64,000 nt of DNA. It comes from an uncultured Candidatus Rokubacteria bacterium. GTDB lineage: Bacteria > Methylomirabilota > Methylomirabilia > Rokubacteriales > DASRDR01. Of the stretch, positions 49,168-59,434 are shown piece by piece. Where the stretch lies: positions 32,001 through 96,000 of the forward strand of contig CAWDVE010000019.1 of the NCBI GenBank assembly GCA_963805625.1, in the 5' to 3' direction. The translations under genes and the position numbers were made by a program. Every line of letters starts with the position of its first letter. Within the stretch, counting starts at the first letter, position 1. The notes beneath the pieces were generated by a model, which was not told the origin of the DNA, did not search any database, and saw only the letters and a list, made by a program, of their open reading frames with translations.

Positions 49168-51192
49168 ATGAAGGCGCACTGGCGATCGACTCTGGCCCTC
49201 GGCGTCATTGCATGTGTCGTGCTCGACTCCGTGTGGATCACCGGGTCCGTTCTTCATCTTGATCGCCTCGCGTCCTTTGCGAAAGACGGAAAGGGAGGCG
49301 GAGGCGGCGACAAAGGCGGAGGCGGCGACAAGGGCGGAGGCGGCGGCAAAGGCGGAGGCGGCGACAAGGGCGGAGGCGGCGGCAAAGGCGGAGGCGGCGA
49401 CAAGGGCGGAGGCGGCGGCAAAGGCGGAGGCGGCGACAAAGGCGGAGGCGCGGACACCGCCGGCGCGGCCGGTAGTGGCACAAGTGGCGGCGGCACCAGC
49501 GGGTCGGGCACGGGCGGGGCGGCAGGTACCGGCGGCGGGGGCGCGGGGACGGGCGGCGCGAGTGGCGTCGGCGGCGCAGGCAGTGGTGGCGCGGCCAGCA
49601 CGGGCGGCGTCGGTACCGGTGGCGCCGGCGTCGGCGGATCTGGGACGGAGAGCTCCGGAGCTGCGGGCTCCGCGACCGGTGGGGCGGGCGCGGGCGGTGT
49701 CGGAGCGAGCACCGGTAGTTCGGGGGCCGAGACCTCCGGAGGGGGCACCAAAGGCGGCGGGGTCGGAGTAGGCGTCGGCGATCCCGGGAAGATTGGCGCC
49801 AAGGGCAGCGCCGCGACGGGCACGGGGGCAGGAGCCACGGGTGACGGCGGCGTCAGCACTGGCCGTGGCGCGAGTGGAGTCAGCGCGGGCGGGGGACTCG
49901 GCCAAGGCGGTCACGGCACGAGCGGGGGCAACGGGTCGAGCGCGACGAGCCCGGGCGCGACAAGCCTCGGGTTGAGTAGTGAGCGGAGCCCGGCGGCGGC
50001 GCCCGCAACGGGAACGGCCGGGCCGCAAGGATCGACGTCGAGCGGGGACCTTACACGGGGCGCAGCCGCGGTAATCGACATGGATCGGCCGGAGCCCTCG
50101 CAGACCGGTGGCGTCACGGACGCCCCGGCCATGGGGCGCGAGAGTGCCGAGGCGGCGGAAGTCGCGGCACGAGCAGCGCGCGAGGCGGCGGAGACTGCAC
50201 GCGCAGCGGCCGCACAGCTCGGCGAGGTTGCGACACGCGCACGCGGGCCGGTCGCCATCGCGGTGGCGGACGCTGCCCAAGGCGCTGTGCGGATGGCGGC
50301 GGAGGCCGCCCAGGTCGCGGCTGACGCGGCGCTTGAAGCGCAGAGTACGGGCGCGAGCCGGCCGACGGAGGCAGCCAGGGCCGCAGACCGCGCGCGCCAG
50401 GCGGCGGCGCGCGCGCAAGAGGCCGCGGACGAGGCAGCCGACGATCTGCGTCAGATTGCGGCGGCTCCGCCGCCGGAGCCGGCACCGGAGTCCGGGCCGA
50501 TGCGGCAGAAGTGGGACGCGCGAGCGGCGTTCGCGCGGGGCAAGGAGCTGTACGAGGCACGGGATCTCGCTAACGCGCGTCCGCATCTCGAAGAGGCGGT
50601 GCGCCTGGACCCGGAGCACGACGCGGCGCGGGCGTTGCTGGGGTGGCTGGAGTACTTCAGCGGATCGCCGGAGGCAGCCATCGTGACGTTCAAGACGGCG
50701 CTCCGCCGCCAGCCGACGTGGGAGGGGCTGTACAACGGGCTGGGATGGAGCCGGCTGCAGCTGCACCGGCCGTCTCTGGCTTACGATGGGTTCCGAGCCG
50801 CCCTGGATGCCAACCCCCAGTACACGGACGCGCTGGCCGGTCTCGGGCTCGCGCTCTATGAATTGGGGCAGTACGCGATGGCGGTGCCAACCCTGGACCA
50901 GGCCGTGGGAACCCTCGAGGGCGCGCTGGGGCGCGGGGCGCCCGAGCTCGTGGACCTGCGCGAAGCCATCGCGTGGAGTCTGTACCGGAGCGGACGGTAC
51001 GGAGAAGCCGCGGTCGAGTTCGAGCGGGTGGTGCAGGCGCGGCCGGAGCGGCCGGGGCTGCAGGCGGCATTGGGGTGGGCGTACCTGAACGGGGGCCGCC
51101 GGGGCGACGCTCGGGTGGCGTTCCAGCGGGCGCTCGAGCTGGCGCCGGACTCGCGGGACGCTGCGCGCGGTCTCGCGCTCGCTTCCCAGTGA
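49168..51192 (+). CDS. exported glycine-rich protein with Ala-rich helical segment and C-terminal TPR repeats
   Basis: Signal/TM segment; about 220 aa Gly/Ser/Thr-rich region; TPR motifs (ALLGWLEY, YNGLGWS, LAGLGLALY, LGWAYL). Confidence 0.85.
   Translation: MKAHWRSTLALGVIACVVLDSVWITGSVLHLDRLASFAKDGKGGGGGDKGGGGDKGGGGGKGGGGDKGGGGGKGGGGDKGGGGGKGGGGDKGGGADTAGAAGSGTSGGGTSGSGTGGAAGTGGGGAGTGGASGVGGAGSGGAASTGGVGTGGAGVGGSGTESSGAAGSATGGAGAGGVGASTGSSGAETSGGGTKGGGVGVGVGDPGKIGAKGSAATGTGAGATGDGGVSTGRGASGVSAGGGLGQGGHGTSGGNGSSATSPGATSLGLSSERSPAAAPATGTAGPQGSTSSGDLTRGAAAVIDMDRPEPSQTGGVTDAPAMGRESAEAAEVAARAAREAAETARAAAAQLGEVATRARGPVAIAVADAAQGAVRMAAEAAQVAADAALEAQSTGASRPTEAARAADRARQAAARAQEAADEAADDLRQIAAAPPPEPAPESGPMRQKWDARAAFARGKELYEARDLANARPHLEEAVRLDPEHDAARALLGWLEYFSGSPEAAIVTFKTALRRQPTWEGLYNGLGWSRLQLHRPSLAYDGFRAALDANPQYTDALAGLGLALYELGQYAMAVPTLDQAVGTLEGALGRGAPELVDLREAIAWSLYRSGRYGEAAVEFERVVQARPERPGLQAALGWAYLNGGRRGDARVAFQRALELAPDSRDAARGLALASQ
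49291..49449 (+). repeat. 18-bp coding tandem repeat encoding K-GGGG-(D/G), about 8 units
   Basis: AAAGGCGGAGGCGGCGAC alternating with AAGGGCGGAGGCGGCGGC. Confidence 0.9.
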
Positions 51193-51732
51193 CGCGGCCG
51201 GGCGTCTGACGAAGCGCGCCCGCCCCCGGGACTCGCCCACGAGCGTCTCCGTCCGGTTCGCGTAGCCGGCGCGGCCCCGATCAGCGCCACGCCGGCCGCG
51301 GCGCGCGGGCGGGGTCTGCGGTCACGGACCACACGCGTTCGGGATCGGGGCCGCGCCGATCCGGGTCCGGCCGCTGATAGACGACGGCGCCGGTGCGGCC
51401 GACGTGGATCCGGCAACGTCTACCATCGCCTCTTCGAGCCGTCGCAACACAGGGGCACGTGGACGGCCATGCTCAGCCTCGATCCAACATTGTTCAAGCG
51501 CATCCTCGATCACGCGGCGTGTCGGCGGGTGACCATCTGCCTCGCGCGCCCGAGCTTTGACCCTGTCCTAACACCGTACGGTCGCCGGGATTGACGGCGG
51601 GTCACGAGGCGGTGACGGACCGGGATGGCGGCGGCTGGGCCGTCAGCCCGAGCGCGCCGAGCAGGCGCCTCACGGCGTGGGGCTCGGTCACTGCACCCAC
51701 GATCAATCAATCCTCGGAACGCGCCTAGACGG

Positions 51733-52272
51733 TTAGCCACTCTTTTCCTCGACCAGCTCGGCTTCCACGTCGAGGCTGATGAACACGTCGTCGCCCACGA
51801 CGACGCCGGCGTCCTGCAGGTCAGCGTTCCAGCTCACGCCGAACTCTTGGCGATTGACCCGGGTCGTCGCCGTGAATCCGATGCGGGTGTCGTCGAAGGG
51901 CGACCGACACTGTCCGAGGTACCGGACGTCCAGCGTCACGGGCCTGGTCACTCCCCGGATCTTGAGGTCGCCCGTGACCCGGTACTCGTTGCGCGCGACG
52001 GGCTCCACCTTCGTGCTGCGGAAGCCGATCGCCGAGTGGCGTTCCACGTGAAGGAAATCCTCCGACCGGAGGTGGTCATCTCGCTCGGGCTCCCCCGACC
52101 ACAGCGTGGAGGCCGCAATACTAACCTCGACCTGGGCGTCCTCCGGGTGGCTCGGATCGAACTCGAGGGTGCCGCCGATGTTCTTGAAGTGGCCGCGTAC
52201 GAACGTGATCATCATGTGTCGCACGCGGAACTCCGCGGCCGTGTGAGCCTCGTTCAGGATCCACCGAGCCAT
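51733..52272 (-). CDS. YceI family protein
   Basis: FRVRHMMITFVRGHF, RDDHLRSEDF, GDLKIRGVT, RQEFGVSWN. Confidence 0.92.
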   Translation of the reverse strand: MARWILNEAHTAAEFRVRHMMITFVRGHFKNIGGTLEFDPSHPEDAQVEVSIAASTLWSGEPERDDHLRSEDFLHVERHSAIGFRSTKVEPVARNEYRVTGDLKIRGVTRPVTLDVRYLGQCRSPFDDTRIGFTATTRVNRQEFGVSWNADLQDAGVVVGDDVFISLDVEAELVEEKSG

Positions 52273-52381
52273 GTCACCCCTCCAGCCCCAGGCCGCGCCT
52301 CGCCTGCACCATGGACAGAGCGGACGATCAGGCTGTCCAGATCTTGCGGCACTGCTGCCCGCGATGCAGCCGGTGCGCCAG

Positions 52382-52810
52382 TCACCGGATGAGGCCGAGG
52401 AGACGCCAGTAGGGGAGGCTGATGAAGAACCCCACCACGACGAGGCCAGCGTACACCCAGGCGAACGGGGCTGCGCCCCGGTGCGTGAAGACCTTGCCCT
52501 CCGTGCCGTAGTAGAGCGTCAGATAGTCCGTATTCTGGTACGGCAGGAAGAATACGCTCCCCGCCTTCAGCGCCACGATCGCCGCGATCCAAGGGCTCAC
52601 TCCCGCGGCCTCAGCAACCCCCGCCAGCGACACCGTGAGAAGCGGCACGGCCGTCTGCCACGGCATGACGGTGCGGATCGCCAGGGTGACGACGATGGCG
52701 ACTCCCAGGACGACCGACGCGCTCCCCATTGTCCCGAACGCCCACGTCGTCGCCTGCCCTAGCCAGGCATCGGCCCGTACGGTGACGGCCAGGTCAGCCA
52801 GAACACCGAA
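52382..52810 (-). pseudogene. SLC13/DASS-like transporter, C-terminal fragment
   Basis: Hydrophobic; FFLPYQN..ISLPYWRLLGLI; no N-terminus. Confidence 0.65.
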
Positions 52811-52912
52811 GGAGTCGCCTCCAGACCTTCCGAGCCCCGCGGCCGAGCCTGGCCGGTATCGACGGCGTCGAGCCTGCTCGCGGGGATGTACGAGAGTTTC
52901 ATCAGCTAAACC

Positions 52913-53150
52913 CTACAGCAACACGCTGCGCTGGAGCCATAGCGCGTCGGCGACGGTGCGGTGCCCACGGCGGGCGAGCTCCGGCAGCAGGCCAAACATC
53001 AGCGCTCCAGCTACCAGGGCATCGCCCCCCGCCGTGTGCCGGCCCATGACCGGCACCCCGAGTCTCATCGCGAGCGACTCGAGGGTCACCTCGACCAGAC
53101 GGGAGACCCGAAGATGGACGGTCAGGCTGCGGATACGTCGAGGCAGCGCG
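52913..53150 (-). pseudogene. DEDDh 3'-5' exonuclease (DnaQ-like), C-terminal fragment
   Basis: TLESLAMRLGVPVMGRHTAGGDAL (ExoIII HxAxxD). Confidence 0.65.
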
Positions 53151-53258
53151 TTCTGTCCCGCTGCGGCAACGAGTCAGCTAGGCGGGACACCGAACACTAA
53201 TCGCGCACCGAAAGAGGCTGGATCGAGCTGGAACGACACAGGTGTCGTCGAGTGTGCC

Positions 53259-53700
53259 TCAGGCCAGCGTCAGGGAGGTCAAGGTGGCCCGCCCCACGCG
53301 ACCGCCCCTGTGCGGCTTGATCTCCAACCGCAGATGCGTCACGGCTTCCGCTGAGATCGACCAGAGCTCACGTTCGTAACTCGTTCCGGGTGGGCAAGTT
53401 GAACTCCTGCCGCACCAGCTCTCGATAGGTCCGCCCTCCGTTCGAGGAGACGGATACGGATAACTCTTGTGTTCGGCTCACCGCGAGCTCCTCCTCCACG
53501 CCGATCTTGCGGATCGTCTGCGGAGTGTCGAAGAGGAGGACCACCGTCTGCTCCGCCGGTCCATCGGCGATCCAGCGACTGCCTCCGGGTCCTCGGTTGT
53601 GATCGAAGGCACGAGGTCACCTGCACCGTGGCGACGTCCGCAATGGAGATTTCACCCTCGAAGGATGCGGGTTCGCGAGAATGCTTTGAAGGGACCTGCT
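53259..53700 (-). pseudogene. galactose-binding/discoidin-like domain protein, frameshifted
   Basis: ATVQVTS / AFDHNRGPGGSRWIA..EQTVVLLFDTPQ..SRTQE..YRELVRQEFN / THLRLEIKP..RATLTSL. Confidence 0.6.
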
Positions 53701-53766
53701 TCCTGCAGGGAAGACTGGCGTGTATGGACAGGGTGGTGAGGAACGAGTCCTTCCCGGATCGCTGAG

Positions 53767-54609
53767 CTAGGACGCGCGGCGACGCTGCTTGCGCTCGACC
53801 GCTGGCGTCTTCTTCTCGGTTTTCTCGCGTCCCGCCTTCGCCAGCCCCTTCCGTCCGAGGCTCGCCTTGAGGGTCGCGACCAGGTCCGTCGTCGGCGGCC
53901 GAGCCTCAACCTCGAGGCGTTGGATCTCCTGGCCCGCGATCTTCTGTTCGATCGCCTTCAGGAGCCGCTTCCGGTACTCGTCCTCGTAGTTCTCGGGCTG
54001 GAACTCGGTCCCGGAGAGCTCGCTGATCAGTCGCTCGGCGAGCGTCCGCTCTTGATCGCGGATCTTCGGGGCGGCGCCCTGGTCGATCTCGGCCGCGTTC
54101 TGGACTTCGTCGGCGAAGTAGAGCCGCTGGAGAAGGAGTCCGTCCTGGTGTACGCGGATCGCGATCGGTGTAGTCTTGCCGCGCCACGTGAACGTGCCAA
54201 CTGCGACTCGGTGCGTCTGCTGGAGTGCCCCGACGAGCACTCGATAGCCGCGCTCGCCATTCTTCCCGGCGCCGAGGTAGTACGTGTCTTCAAAGTAGAC
54301 GGGGTCGACCGCACCCTCCGGGACGAACGAGTCGATGACGAGCACCGATGAGGACGCTTGCTCGAGCGCTTTCAATTCTTCCGGCTCGAAGCGCACGTAC
54401 TCGTCCTTGGCGATTTCGTACCCTCTCACCGTCTCTTCGCGCGGCACGATGCCGTGTATGGGGCACTCGAGGCGCATCTGGATCCTGGATCCACACCGCT
54501 CGTGCAGAAGGTGGAATGCGACGCCTTGCGAGCTCGTAGCCGTGAAGAGCTGAACCGGGATGGTAGCCAGCCCGAGAGAGATGTCGAGATTCTTGATCGC
54601 GCGCGGCAT
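53767..54609 (-). CDS. ku: non-homologous end joining protein Ku
   Basis: ISLGLATIPVQLF, RGYE, DPVYFEDTYYL, YEDEY, DLVATLKASL, basic tail. Confidence 0.93.
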   Translation of the reverse strand: MPRAIKNLDISLGLATIPVQLFTATSSQGVAFHLLHERCGSRIQMRLECPIHGIVPREETVRGYEIAKDEYVRFEPEELKALEQASSSVLVIDSFVPEGAVDPVYFEDTYYLGAGKNGERGYRVLVGALQQTHRVAVGTFTWRGKTTPIAIRVHQDGLLLQRLYFADEVQNAAEIDQGAAPKIRDQERTLAERLISELSGTEFQPENYEDEYRKRLLKAIEQKIAGQEIQRLEVEARPPTTDLVATLKASLGRKGLAKAGREKTEKKTPAVERKQRRRAS

Positions 54610-54818
54610 GGTGTTGTGTAACCAAGGTCTCGCGTGGATGTAGCGTCCATTATAGCTCGATCAGGAGGTCGTCGGTCACGGCGCCAACTCCGCCGTTGGC
54701 CTTAGCGGTAGGTGCTCTTCACCTGTTGACGTCATTCCGGCGCCGGCGTAGCATCGGCCATCCGGCTGCGCAAAGCTCATCGGGGGGCGATTCAGCAAGG
54801 CAGAAAAGAGGTGTATTG

Positions 54819-54983
54819 ATGCCCCGCTACGAATTCCTCTGCGAGAAATGCCGGAAACCGTTCGAGCTGACCATGACCATCGCGGAGCACGAGAAGGGAA
54901 AGGTCCGGTGCCCGACGTGTAAGAGCACGAGAGTCGTGCCGCAGCTCGCGTCCTTCACGACACAGACGTCGAAGAAGAGCTGA
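54819..54983 (+). CDS. FmdB family zinc-ribbon protein
   Basis: MPRYEFLCEKC..CPTCKS. Confidence 0.88.
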   Translation: MPRYEFLCEKCRKPFELTMTIAEHEKGKVRCPTCKSTRVVPQLASFTTQTSKKS

Positions 54984-55047
54984 CGGTCGCGGAGGTGACG
55001 CCGAGTTCCGACGGCTCGAGGGACGCGAGGGGGGCTCGAGGAGGCCG

Positions 55048-55503
55048 ATGATGATCAAGGTGCAGAACGTCGGGCACGTGGTCCTTAAGGTCCGGGATCT
55101 TGAGCGGGCGGCGCGATTCTATCGAGATGTGCTGGGGCTCAGGGAGGTGGCACGCGGCACGTTCGGCGGTCGGATGGCGTTTTTTTCAGCGACGGGCGAG
55201 AACCACCACGACATCGCGCTATTTGAGGTTGGCCCCGATGCCGCGCCAGACGAAGGCAATCGGGTGGGGCTGTACCACGTCGCACTCCGGATTGGCAACA
55301 CTCTGGAGGAGCTGCGAGCCGCGAAGGCACACCTCGCGGCGAGTGGGGTCGGGGCCCTGCGCTTGAGGGATCATGCGGTCAGCCAATCCATCTACCTTGA
55401 CGACCCCGATGGTAATGGCCTTGAGCTCTATGTCGACGGGGATCCGGCGATCTGGCGCAACGACCCTGCCGCCGTGGCGACCTCTATGCCGTTCGAACTC
55501 TGA
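55048..55503 (+). CDS. VOC/glyoxalase family protein
   Basis: GHVVLKV, HHDIAL, GLYHVA, SIYLDDPDGNGLELY. Confidence 0.9.
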   Translation: MMIKVQNVGHVVLKVRDLERAARFYRDVLGLREVARGTFGGRMAFFSATGENHHDIALFEVGPDAAPDEGNRVGLYHVALRIGNTLEELRAAKAHLAASGVGALRLRDHAVSQSIYLDDPDGNGLELYVDGDPAIWRNDPAAVATSMPFEL

Positions 55504-55602
55504 GACGCTTTGACTTCACGGCAATACGCGATACGGCCGGGAGGGTCGGACCCAAGAGCCGAAGCCGACTATCCCTAGAAGCGGGCGATCCAGGGAAGGA
55601 AG

Positions 55603-56353
55603 ATGGGTGTTGATCAGATGAGGAGGACGGAGGCGAGCGGGGATCGATCGACACAGGGTCTCATCGAACGGTTCGCTACGTTCCTGCAGGCGTACGATCG
55701 GTACTGCCCGTTTAGCCGGTATGGCCAGCTTGAGTACCACGTCGAGACGATTCGGCTACGGCGCGAGCTGGGAACGGTAGAGGCCGCACTGAAGAATGAT
55801 TCTTTCCTGAGGAGCCTTTACCGCACACTCCAGGCGTGGGGCGTCGGATCTCGGGCGTCGGTACTTCGGCCCTTGCCGGAGCTTGTGGAGGCCCTTCAGG
55901 GGAGGGCTGGCGAGATCCAGGAGCTCGAAGGGCCACTTCTCGACCAAGACGACCTAGATACTCACGGGATCGCCCGCAAGCTCGCGCAGTTGGTTCAGTC
56001 CCTGGATATCGGAGCAACAAGGCGCGGTTGGTGCCGGGCTCCAAGGCGCTTCACCGCCTGCTCCCTGAACTCGTAGTGCCGATTGACCGGACGTACACGC
56101 AGAGGTTCTTCGAATGGCCTACTCCTCGTGTCCAGTACGCGCCCGAGGAGTGGTTCATCGAGGCGTTCCACGCGCGTTCGCCACGATCGCTCGGGCGACA
56201 CAGCCTGGCCAGTATGTCGGTGACGGTTGGTACACGTCCCGAACGAAGGTCATCGACAGCGCGGTAGTGGGGCTGTGGTGTTGGGTCAAGACCAACCTGA
56301 AGCCGAGCGCAACTGGAGGCGGACCAGGCACCGACGCAGGGTCTCTGGAGTGA
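55603..56353 (+). pseudogene. about 250-aa hypothetical protein split by two frameshifts
   Basis: Coherent protein across three frames: ..LYRTLQAWG.. / LVPGSKALHRLLPELVVPIDRTY.. / ..TSRTKVIDSAVVG. Confidence 0.6.
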
Positions 56354-56410
56354 CTGGAGTTCCTAGATCAGACCGATCCATGTAGCTGTCGAGCAGGTAG
56401 ATAGAGCGGG

Positions 56411-57670
56411 ATGACTGATGAGATGCAGCCGAACATGGAGTCAACTACTACTGCTGCGCGGCCGACGAGGAGCGGACTATCGACCTCGCGGCTGGCGCGG
56501 ATGCACGACGTCCTACGGCGCCACGTCGACAATGGCCGGCTGCCTGGCCTCGTCGCGCTCGTCAGCCGGCGGGGCGCGGAGCACGTGGATGCGATCGGCA
56601 CGCTGGCGTTTGACCGCACGGCGCCGATGCGGCGCGACACGATGTTCCGCTTGGCCTCGGTGACAAAGCCGATCACCGCGGTAGCCGCGATGATCCTTGT
56701 CGAGGAGTGCAAGCTCAGGCTGGACGAGCCCGTCGATGAATGGCTGCCGGAACTCGCAAACCGTCGGGTCCTGCGCACGATCGACAGCGAGCTCGACGAC
56801 ACGGTACCCGCGAAGCGCGCCATCACCCTGCGCGATCTTCTGACGTTTCGATCGGGGTACGGCGAAGTGGCGTTCCTGTCGCCGATGTGCCCGCTCCAAC
56901 GAGCGCTGATCGAGGCCCAGTTGCCGCTGAGCGCGTGGATGTTCCCCGGGACTTCCGACGAATTCATGAGGTGCCTCGGCGACCTCCCGCTCGCGAATCA
57001 ACCCGGAGAGCGGTGGCTCTACCACATGAGCGCCGACATCTTGGGCGTTCTGATTGCCCGCGCTTCCAGCATGTCGCTGTCGGCGTTCCTGCGCGAACGC
57101 ATCTTGGAGCCTCTCGGCATGAAAGACACCGGCTTCACCTTGCCCGAGGCACAGACCGACCGGCTTGCCACCTGCTACCAGACGGATGTTCCGAGCGGCG
57201 AGGTCTCCGTCCTCCCGGACGCTCGCGCCGATTTCCTCACGCGCCCGCCTTCGTTCGAGGCGGGTGCGGGTGCCCGGGGGCTCGTGTCCACGGCTGACGA
57301 TCTGCTCGCGTTCGGCCGGATGATGCTGAACTCGGGTGCGTACCGCAACGAACGCATCTTGTCGCGACCGTCGGTGGAGCTCATGACCACGGATCACCTG
57401 ACGCCCGAGCAGAAGGCAGCCTCGCCGTTCTTCGAGAATTTCTGGGACTCGCGCGGCTGGGGCTTCGGCCTCTCGATCGTGACCCGACGTGCGGAAGTTG
57501 CCGGCCCCGGACGCTTCGGCTGGGACGGTGCGTTCAGCGTGTCGTGGTACGTGGATCGACGCGAGGACATGGTCGGCGTCCTCATGGCACAGGTGCGTCC
57601 GGGCGCGTTGCGTCTGCCGGCCCTCGTGGTCGACTTCTGGACGGCGGCCTACCAGGCGATAGACGACTGA
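56411..57670 (+). CDS. serine hydrolase, beta-lactamase class C/esterase family
   Basis: FRLASVTK (SxxK), LLTF.SG, PGERWLY, LGMKDT, FGWDG. Confidence 0.92.
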   Translation: MTDEMQPNMESTTTAARPTRSGLSTSRLARMHDVLRRHVDNGRLPGLVALVSRRGAEHVDAIGTLAFDRTAPMRRDTMFRLASVTKPITAVAAMILVEECKLRLDEPVDEWLPELANRRVLRTIDSELDDTVPAKRAITLRDLLTFRSGYGEVAFLSPMCPLQRALIEAQLPLSAWMFPGTSDEFMRCLGDLPLANQPGERWLYHMSADILGVLIARASSMSLSAFLRERILEPLGMKDTGFTLPEAQTDRLATCYQTDVPSGEVSVLPDARADFLTRPPSFEAGAGARGLVSTADDLLAFGRMMLNSGAYRNERILSRPSVELMTTDHLTPEQKAASPFFENFWDSRGWGFGLSIVTRRAEVAGPGRFGWDGAFSVSWYVDRREDMVGVLMAQVRPGALRLPALVVDFWTAAYQAIDD

Positions 57671-57877
57671 CCCGAAGCCTGGGGCACGCGAGTGCACGAC
57701 GACGACGTCGGGCCCCCACGCCTCGCGAGGGTTGAACTGCGAAGGGCGGCGGCTATCCCTGAAACTTACTGATCCAGGGACCTCATTCTACGCTTGAATG
57801 GCGCCACGTCGTAGGGCTTCGGCGACCTGGATGATGCCTCCCCATAGTGACGACGTGCAAGCCCTACTCCACTCGGC

Positions 57878-57955
57878 CGGTTGTGCGCCCTCGCGGCCGA
57901 GCTGGTCCGACTGCGGGTAGACGTCATCGTGGCGGGCGCCCCACCCGCCCCTGAG
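57878..57955 (+). pseudogene. ABC_sub_bind substrate-binding protein fragment
   Basis: RLCALAAELVRLRVDVIVAG. Confidence 0.55.
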
Positions 57956-58421
57956 TGCTCACTAGCCGTTTGGCGGAAGATCCATGACCGACGACCACCT
58001 GGAGCTAGCGATCTCCGAGACATTCATCACACACTATGAAGGTGTACGCACCAAGGTGTTCCCGTGTCTTGGATGGTGCTTCGCGCCCATCTTTCAGGCG
58101 CCAGACGGCGCGTGGACCTGACGCAAGTACCATGGCTGCACCCTGAGTACCTCAAGATCGCCCTGGACTGACACAATGCCAGGGCGTACCAGTGAGTTGC
58201 CATCCCTCGAACGCGGACGTCCGGGCTACTGATGTACTCGACGGTCCTTAAGGTCAAGGACCAGCCCGTTGCCGTCGGCCGCGTAGGCTAGAAGCAGCCC
58301 CGCGATGGCCTGCGGGAACCCTCCCCCCGTGGCGTGGGTCGATGCGGCCCGCCAGGAGAGCACCACCGTGTCGTGGGAAACGCCGGCTCGGGAGGTCTAT
58401 GGCGTCGCTCCGCTGGCCGGG

Positions 58422-59060
58422 TCAGGGCACCGGTGGAATCGGCGGTGCCGGCTCGTCCGGTAGAGGCTCGGCAGGCCGGCCGTCGAGCCCGAGCCGATCG
58501 GCGATCGGGAGATTCGCGCGGATGACGAGGGCGATCAGGTCGGGCAGCGCGACGCCCCACTCCTCGCTGCCCCGGTAGACATACGCCCGGTCCACGGTCC
58601 GCGCGAAGGACTTCTCCTTCAGGCGTTTGACGACGCTCTCGACCGGGAGGTCCACAAGCCGCTTCGACGGCCGGACGAGGGCGCAGGCGCTCACGAAACC
58701 GGTCAGCTCGTCGGCCGCGAGGATCGCCCGCATCATCGGCGTTGTCCGCTCGATCCCAGTGTAAAAGGCGTGGCCTCCGACGGCCCGGACGACAGCCTCC
58801 GGCCAGCCGCGCGCTTTCAGAATCTCCATGCCCCGCCAGACGTGACCGTCCTCGGTCGGGAAGCGCTCATAGTCGAAGTCGTGGAGCAGACCGACCAGCC
58901 CCCACGTCTCCACCTCGTCGGCGTCGCCGACCCCGGCAGTCCGTGCCAGCTCGCGCATGGTCGCTTCCACGGCGAGCGCGTGGCGGCGGAGGGACTGGTT
59001 CTCGGTGTACTCGGTCAGGAGACGCCAGGCGTCCTCACGCGATGGCCGAGCGGGAGGCAT
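58422..59060 (-). CDS. HD (HDIG) domain protein
   Basis: HALAVE, GLLHDFDYE, ADELTG, KEKSFAR. Confidence 0.9.
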   Translation of the reverse strand: MPPARPSREDAWRLLTEYTENQSLRRHALAVEATMRELARTAGVGDADEVETWGLVGLLHDFDYERFPTEDGHVWRGMEILKARGWPEAVVRAVGGHAFYTGIERTTPMMRAILAADELTGFVSACALVRPSKRLVDLPVESVVKRLKEKSFARTVDRAYVYRGSEEWGVALPDLIALVIRANLPIADRLGLDGRPAEPLPDEPAPPIPPVP

Positions 59061-59434
59061 GCGCGGACTCTACGCTCCGCGGCGCGCGGGCGTCAAGGCG
59101 ACCGCGGCTCACTGGCGACCGCGGATCGCTCAGTGGCCTGCCCATGGCGTTCCGCAGTATCGGCCGACGAGACCATCACCGAGTGGCCATCTACTGGGTG
59201 AGCTTCCATCCACCGCTGATCGCTCCCGACACCGCAATAAGGCACGCACTCTTTGCCACTCGACGGTGTCGTGGCAGCCACGGGTGGCAACCGCCTCGTA
59301 CGTCCGCACTGCAGCAGAGCTCGTCGCTGCCCTTCGAGGGCGGTGTCGGGCGGCGATCGGCGCTGTCGGCGGAAGGACGTCTGGGCTCGTGCGCGGCGGC
59401 CCTCCCGCGGCCGCCGTGCGTGCGCCGGATCGCG

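Noticed and set aside
49291-49449. CRISPR-like array
   Set aside because: Contiguous coding repeats without unique spacers, and no cas genes.
48220-51240. 1006-aa minus-strand ORF and similar long shadow ORFs (e.g. 35111-37990, 27011-29332)
   Set aside because: Antisense shadows of real genes, expected at this GC content, with no recognisable motifs.
57960-58290. Lower-GC stretch with a 76-aa ORF
   Set aside because: No motif or RBS support; probably decayed foreign DNA.
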